Below are positions 59,443-64,000 of a stretch of DNA of 64,000 nt, piece after piece. The DNA lies in assembly GCA_048571215.1 (NCBI GenBank), contig CP182352.1, positions 2,464,001-2,528,000 of the forward strand. Reading direction: 5' to 3'. The position numbers were made by a program, and so were the translations under genes. A model generated the notes under the pieces. That model was not told the DNA's origin. It was given only the letters and a program-made list of their open reading frames with translations, and did no database searches. Source of the DNA: Halarcobacter sp. Lineage in GTDB: Bacteria > Campylobacterota > Campylobacteria > Campylobacterales > Arcobacteraceae. Within the stretch, counting starts at the first letter, position 1, and each line of letters begins with the position of its first letter.

Positions 59443-59475
59443 GATAGATTAGATGATATTTAGAAACTATGTTTC

Positions 59476-60444
59476 TTATACAGTTCCCTGCTCATACATA
59501 GCTCTTAACTTATCTTTCTCTTTTTGCTTCTTAACTTTCTCAGCCTCTTTAGCTCTAAAATTTGCAATATTAAATTTTAATTGCACTAAAAATGAAGCTG
59601 CAATAAAGATAGATGAGTATGTACCAACGATGATACCTACAAGCATTGTAAAGGCAAAACCGTGGATTATCTCTCCACCGAAGGCAAATAGTGTTATAAC
59701 AACAAAGAATGTTGTCAATGAAGTAAGTGTAGTTCTTGATAAAGTTCTACTTACTGATTCATTTGTTATAAGACTAAGTACTGTTTCTTTTGAGCTTTGT
59801 ATCCCTTCTCTAATTCTATCAAATACGATAATTGTATCGTTTAGAGAGTACCCAAGGATAGTAAGGATTGCTGCTAGGATATCTAGGTTAACCTCTACAC
59901 TAAATAAACTTATTGCACCCATAGCAATAGTAACATCATGTGCTAAAGCTAGGATCGATGCAATGGCAAATCTCCATTCAAACCTAAAAGATACATAAAT
60001 TAGAATAACAATTAAAGAAAGTCCTAATGCCATTAGACCCTTTTCCCTTAACTCTCCACCAACTTTTGGTCCAACCATATCCACTCGTCTTACTTCAAAG
60101 TTTCCAGTTGTATCCAAAATCTTATGCATCTCATCACCAATATCAGTTGCAAGATTTGATGAAGTTCCTGTTACTCTAATAACAACCTCTTCAGGTGTTC
60201 CAAACTCTGTTATTGAAGAACCTTTATAATCTGTTTTATTTAATACTTCTCTTATCTTATCTATTGGTGCTTTTTTGTCATATTTTACTTGTACAATAGT
60301 ACCTCCAGCAAAATCAATACCAAAGTTTAATCCCTTTGTTGTAAGTAAAATAATAGAGGCAATAACCAAAATAGCTGATAGACCTAAAAATGGGATTCTT
60401 TTTCCCATAAAATCATAAATTTTATCGCTTTTAAAAATTTCCAT
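59476..60444 (-). CDS. secF: Protein translocase subunit SecF (likely start MEIFK at 60444)
   Basis: GIDFAGGT, VGPKVG, AHDV, GYSLNDTIIVFDRIRE, GTYSSIFIA. Confidence 0.97.
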   Translation of the reverse strand: MEIFKSDKIYDFMGKRIPFLGLSAILVIASIILLTTKGLNFGIDFAGGTIVQVKYDKKAPIDKIREVLNKTDYKGSSITEFGTPEEVVIRVTGTSSNLATDIGDEMHKILDTTGNFEVRRVDMVGPKVGGELREKGLMALGLSLIVILIYVSFRFEWRFAIASILALAHDVTIAMGAISLFSVEVNLDILAAILTILGYSLNDTIIVFDRIREGIQSSKETVLSLITNESVSRTLSRTTLTSLTTFFVVITLFAFGGEIIHGFAFTMLVGIIVGTYSSIFIAASFLVQLKFNIANFRAKEAEKVKKQKEKDKLRAMYEQGTV

Positions 60445-60446
60445 TG

Positions 60447-62009
60447 CTAAATCCCAAACCATTTTTTTGTATTTTTATCTTTTGATATTTTAGGTAATAG
60501 TGCCTCATACATTCCATGAGTTCCTAAAATAGCTGTTAACATTGAAGCTAAAATACCAATTGAGATAGTTACTGCAAAACCTTTTATTGGTCCTGTACCA
60601 TATGCGTATAAAATAACTGCTACAAGAAGAGTTGTAATATTTGCATCCAAGATGGCTCTCATTGCATTTGAGTATCCATCTTCAATAGCTTTTGGTATAC
60701 TCATACCGCCTCTTAGAAGCTCTCTTATTCTTTCACTAATAATTACATTGGCATCAACTGCCATACCAACAGTTAGAACAATACCTGCCATACCAGGAAG
60801 TGTTAAGGTTGCTCCAAACATAGCCATAACAGATATAATAATAAAAATATTTGTAACCAAAGCTACATTTGCAATAACACCTGCTCTTCTATAATAAACA
60901 ATCATAAAAATAAATACAATTAAAAAACCAGATATCAGTGCAAACATTGAGGCTTTAATAGAATCAGCTCCCAAGCTAGGTCCAACACTTCTTTTTTCAA
61001 GTAGTGTAACAGAAGCAGGTAATGCCCCACTTCTTAAGGCAATTGCTACATTTCCAGCTTCAACTGTTGTAAAACCACCAGAGATTTGTCCAGAACCACC
61101 ACCGATTCTCTCTCTAATATTTGGTGCAGAATAGACCTTCCCATCTAATACAATAGCAAGTCTTTTTCCTATATTCTTAGCTGTAAAATCTCCAAAAATT
61201 CTTGCTCCACTTGCATTAAGTGTAAAGTTAATAATTGCTTGATTTGACTTATCAAAGGCAACTTTTGCATCTATTACTTGACTCCCATTTAAAATGGGAA
61301 TCTCTTTTACTAAATATTTTTTTTGAGAATTTTTAGTATCTTCTAAGATAATATCTCCATATTGTGCAACTTGAGCTTTACTCATAGTATATACTTGATC
61401 TGCTCTTTCCTCATCAATTGACATCAACTCTAAATTTGCAGGTTTAGAGATAAGTTCCCTTGCTGCCTTTTCATCTGCTTGAGTTTTAATACCAGGAAGT
61501 TCTACAACAATATCAGTATCACCCTGCCTTATAACAATAGGTTCAGCTAAACCAAATTGGTCAAGTCTATTTCTAATAGTCTCAACAGCTTGAGAAACTG
61601 CTAAATCTTTAGTTGTTAAAACTTCAGATTTTGTTAGTTCAACTTTTAAGTCTAAACCATCTTTTGTGATGTTTAAACCTTTTATCTTTTCTAACATCTT
61701 ATCAACTTTTGGTATTTCGTCTTTATCCAAAACAGTAAAAACAACACTGTCATTTTTTATTGAAAGTCCATCTATTAAAATATCTTCATCATCAGCAAAA
61801 TATTTTATAGATGTAGCTATTGATTTGATTTTTGATGTTACTGCTTCATCGGTTTTTACACCCAAAAGCATATGTAGCCCACCTTGTAGGTCAAGACCTA
61901 GTGAGATTTTCTTCCCTGAGTCCATTTGTAAGAAAGAGGGAATTGAAAAAACAACCCCAAATATTACACTCAGCATAAATATAATTAGTCTATAATTAAA
62001 GATTTTCAA
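60447..62009 (-). CDS. secD: Protein translocase subunit SecD
   Basis: LGLDLQGG, RNRLDQFGLAEP, LRSGALP, GMAVDANV, GTGPIKGFA. Confidence 0.97.
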   Translation of the reverse strand: MKIFNYRLIIFMLSVIFGVVFSIPSFLQMDSGKKISLGLDLQGGLHMLLGVKTDEAVTSKIKSIATSIKYFADDEDILIDGLSIKNDSVVFTVLDKDEIPKVDKMLEKIKGLNITKDGLDLKVELTKSEVLTTKDLAVSQAVETIRNRLDQFGLAEPIVIRQGDTDIVVELPGIKTQADEKAARELISKPANLELMSIDEERADQVYTMSKAQVAQYGDIILEDTKNSQKKYLVKEIPILNGSQVIDAKVAFDKSNQAIINFTLNASGARIFGDFTAKNIGKRLAIVLDGKVYSAPNIRERIGGGSGQISGGFTTVEAGNVAIALRSGALPASVTLLEKRSVGPSLGADSIKASMFALISGFLIVFIFMIVYYRRAGVIANVALVTNIFIIISVMAMFGATLTLPGMAGIVLTVGMAVDANVIISERIRELLRGGMSIPKAIEDGYSNAMRAILDANITTLLVAVILYAYGTGPIKGFAVTISIGILASMLTAILGTHGMYEALLPKISKDKNTKKWFGI

Positions 62010-62044
62010 CTCTTTTCCTTAGAATTTAGAAATAAAATATGAGA

Positions 62045-62075
62045 TTTAAAACATGTAAAAATTACATGTTTTAAA
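62045..62075. other. Perfect 14-bp hairpin between yajC and secD
   Basis: tttaaaacatgtaa-aaa-ttacatgttttaaa. Confidence 0.6.
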
Positions 62076-62079
62076 AAAA

Positions 62080-62352
62080 TTAATCCACAAGTTTTGCTAC
62101 GAATTCTCTAACAAGTTTCATTTCAGTATTATCATGATTTTTTACAATTAAGTATTCATCTTCAACTTTTGTAATTTCAACCATTAAGCCACCATTTGTT
62201 ACAATCTTATCACCCTTTTTAAGTTCTGCAACCATAGACTTGTGCTGTTTAGCTTGTTTTTGTTGTGGTCTTATAATTAAGAAGTAGAATATTGCAAATA
62301 ATGCAACAAGAGGTAGTAATGAGCTTATTAAATCTGTACTTTGACCGTCCAT
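62080..62352 (-). CDS. yajC: Preprotein translocase subunit YajC
   Basis: FYFLIIRPQQK, LKKGDKIVTNGG; upstream of secD. Confidence 0.96.
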   Translation of the reverse strand: MDGQSTDLISSLLPLVALFAIFYFLIIRPQQKQAKQHKSMVAELKKGDKIVTNGGLMVEITKVEDEYLIVKNHDNTEMKLVREFVAKLVD

Positions 62353-62380
62353 TAAATTTCCTTTGTAAAAGTATTTTTAT

Positions 62381-63610
62381 ATGTTTTTAGTAAAACGCGA
62401 ATATTTTAACAAAACCTATATTATAAAAGGCTTGATAACTTCATGCTTTTTTAGTGCTTTTATATACTTAAGCTATTTTGGTTTTGAATATAAGCTTTTA
62501 AATACAATTTTAGGGCTTATTACAATATATCTTTTATTGAAAAATGAAAGATTATCTTTATTTTATAGTGGATTTTTTACAGCTATTTTTTGGTTTTATT
62601 GGGTTGGTATTAGTTTTCAATATTACGATTTAACATATCTAAGCCCCCTAATAATCATATTCTTTGGTATTGTTTATGGATTTTTATTTTTATTTATAGC
62701 TTTAATTGATAATTTGTTATTTAGAGTGATTATAATTTTTTTACTCTCATATATTCATCCTTTTGGATTTAATTGGTTTATTCCCGAACTTGTTTTTATA
62801 AATAGTTACATTCCTGTTACAAAAGAACACTTTGCACTTGTTTTGGCTTTAACTTATATGTTCATAAGTTTAAAAAAATGGAAATTTATTGCAATTATTC
62901 CACTTTTTTTCATAACATCTAATACAGGTTTATATATAGATAACCCCCATTTAAAAATTGCAATGCCACAACTAAATACTAAACAAGATTTAAAATGGAT
63001 AAAAAATAACATCTCTACACAAATTCAAATAAATTTTGAATATATAAATAAAGCAATAAAAGATAAAAAAGAGTTAATAATACTTCCAGAAACTGCTTTT
63101 CCTATAGTTTTAAATAAAGACACCTTTGTTTATCATAATCTTCAAATGATGTCTGAAGATATAGATATTATTGTTGGTTCTATTTATTTACAAGAAGAAC
63201 AATACTACAATGCCACGTACTATTTTTCTAAAGGTAAAGTAAAAATTGCAAAAAAAGTGGTATTAGTTCCTTTTGGAGAGAAGATTCCCCTTCCAAAGTT
63301 TTTTGTTGATTTGATAAATAATACCTTTTATAATGGTGCAAAAGATTATGAAAAAGCAAAAAAGCCAACTGATTTTGAGATAAAAGGTATAAAATTTAGA
63401 AATGCCATATGTTATGAAGCTACAAGTGATGAGATTTATCAAAATCTAAACACAGTAAGGTATATGATAGCAACTTCAAATAATGCTTGGTTTACCCCAT
63501 CAATTGAACCCACTTTACAAAAACTACTTTTAAAGTATTATGCTAAGAAGTATGATATAACGATTTTTCACTCAATTAATGGTAGTTCAAACTATATCAT
63601 AAGACCTTAA
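62381..63610 (+). CDS. lnt: Apolipoprotein N-acyltransferase
   Basis: TM N-terminus; LPETA, KVVLVPFGE, ICYE, SNNAWF. Confidence 0.93.
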   Translation: MFLVKREYFNKTYIIKGLITSCFFSAFIYLSYFGFEYKLLNTILGLITIYLLLKNERLSLFYSGFFTAIFWFYWVGISFQYYDLTYLSPLIIIFFGIVYGFLFLFIALIDNLLFRVIIIFLLSYIHPFGFNWFIPELVFINSYIPVTKEHFALVLALTYMFISLKKWKFIAIIPLFFITSNTGLYIDNPHLKIAMPQLNTKQDLKWIKNNISTQIQINFEYINKAIKDKKELIILPETAFPIVLNKDTFVYHNLQMMSEDIDIIVGSIYLQEEQYYNATYYFSKGKVKIAKKVVLVPFGEKIPLPKFFVDLINNTFYNGAKDYEKAKKPTDFEIKGIKFRNAICYEATSDEIYQNLNTVRYMIATSNNAWFTPSIEPTLQKLLLKYYAKKYDITIFHSINGSSNYIIRP

Positions 63611-63661
63611 ATTATTTTAAGCTACTATTCTAAAATTATTTATTAAAAAAAGGATTATTTA

Positions 63662-64000
63662 ATGGAAGAATATGCATCTTTGTTTATAAATTTAACAATA
63701 GAATATGCACCAAAACTTGCATTGGCAATTGTTACTTTAGTTTTAGGTTTATGGGCTATTGGTATTGTTGCTACTATTTTAGAAAAAAGTTTAATTACTG
63801 CTAAAACAGATAAAACACTTATCCCGTTTTTAACAAGTCTTACTTCATGGATTTTAAAGATATTGTTATTTATCTCAGTGGCTTCCATGGTAGGTATAGC
63901 AACCACCTCTTTTGTTGCTGTCTTAGGTGCTGCTGGTTTAGCAGTTGGATTGGCGCTACAAGGTTCATTGTCTAACTTTGCTGGGGGAGTTTTACTTTTA
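63662..64000 (+). CDS. mscS: Small-conductance mechanosensitive channel, N-terminal part (runs off the window)
   Basis: Own translation from the ATG at 63662: ...VGIATTSFVAVLGAAGLAVGLALQGSLSNFAGGVLLL. Confidence 0.9.
   Translation, partial: MEEYASLFINLTIEYAPKLALAIVTLVLGLWAIGIVATILEKSLITAKTDKTLIPFLTSLTSWILKILLFISVASMVGIATTSFVAVLGAAGLAVGLALQGSLSNFAGGVLLL

Noticed and set aside
59453..61995. Plus-strand ORFs opposite secF and secD
   Set aside because: Antisense shadows of conserved genes
63655..63906. 83-aa minus-strand ORF
   Set aside because: It is the antisense of mscS, which starts at 63662 on the plus strand
1..64000. tRNA or rRNA genes, phase-variable poly-G tracts, prophage genes
   Set aside because: None recognised by eye; tRNAscan-SE and Infernal would be needed to exclude small RNAs formally

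Overview
AT-rich chromosomal window from a Campylobacterota bacterium, most consistent with Arcobacteraceae (inferred from gene content and order; not checked against a database). Most genes are on the minus strand. The backbone includes xseA, ubiE, signal-transduction clusters, nudC, mfd, a MacAB/TolC-type exporter, and ccmA-M23-folC-lptE-leuS...secF-secD-yajC/lnt. Three accessory blocks stand out. (1) 21.4-26.0 kb: a pseudogene, an RHH/RelE toxin-antitoxin pair, a 1192-aa membrane-anchored STAND-like NTPase and an ERIC-like palindromic element. (2) 30.5-41.1 kb: a Fur-boxed TonB receptor, a 5'-nucleotidase remnant, a di-haem lipoprotein, a PhoX/choice-of-anchor-I lipoprotein and a divergent OlsF-like gene, with Pho-box-like repeats in front of both divergent promoters. 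(3) 55.6-59.4 kb: an HNH gene followed by three related, highly structured non-coding repeats showing compensatory base changes. One repeat is split by an intact IS110-family element (57361-58661). The element's left end reads as a bridge RNA whose loops match both the reconstructed empty target site (through G-T wobbles) and the circle-junction donor site. No tRNA, rRNA or CRISPR array was recognised. All structures and alignments were read by eye.
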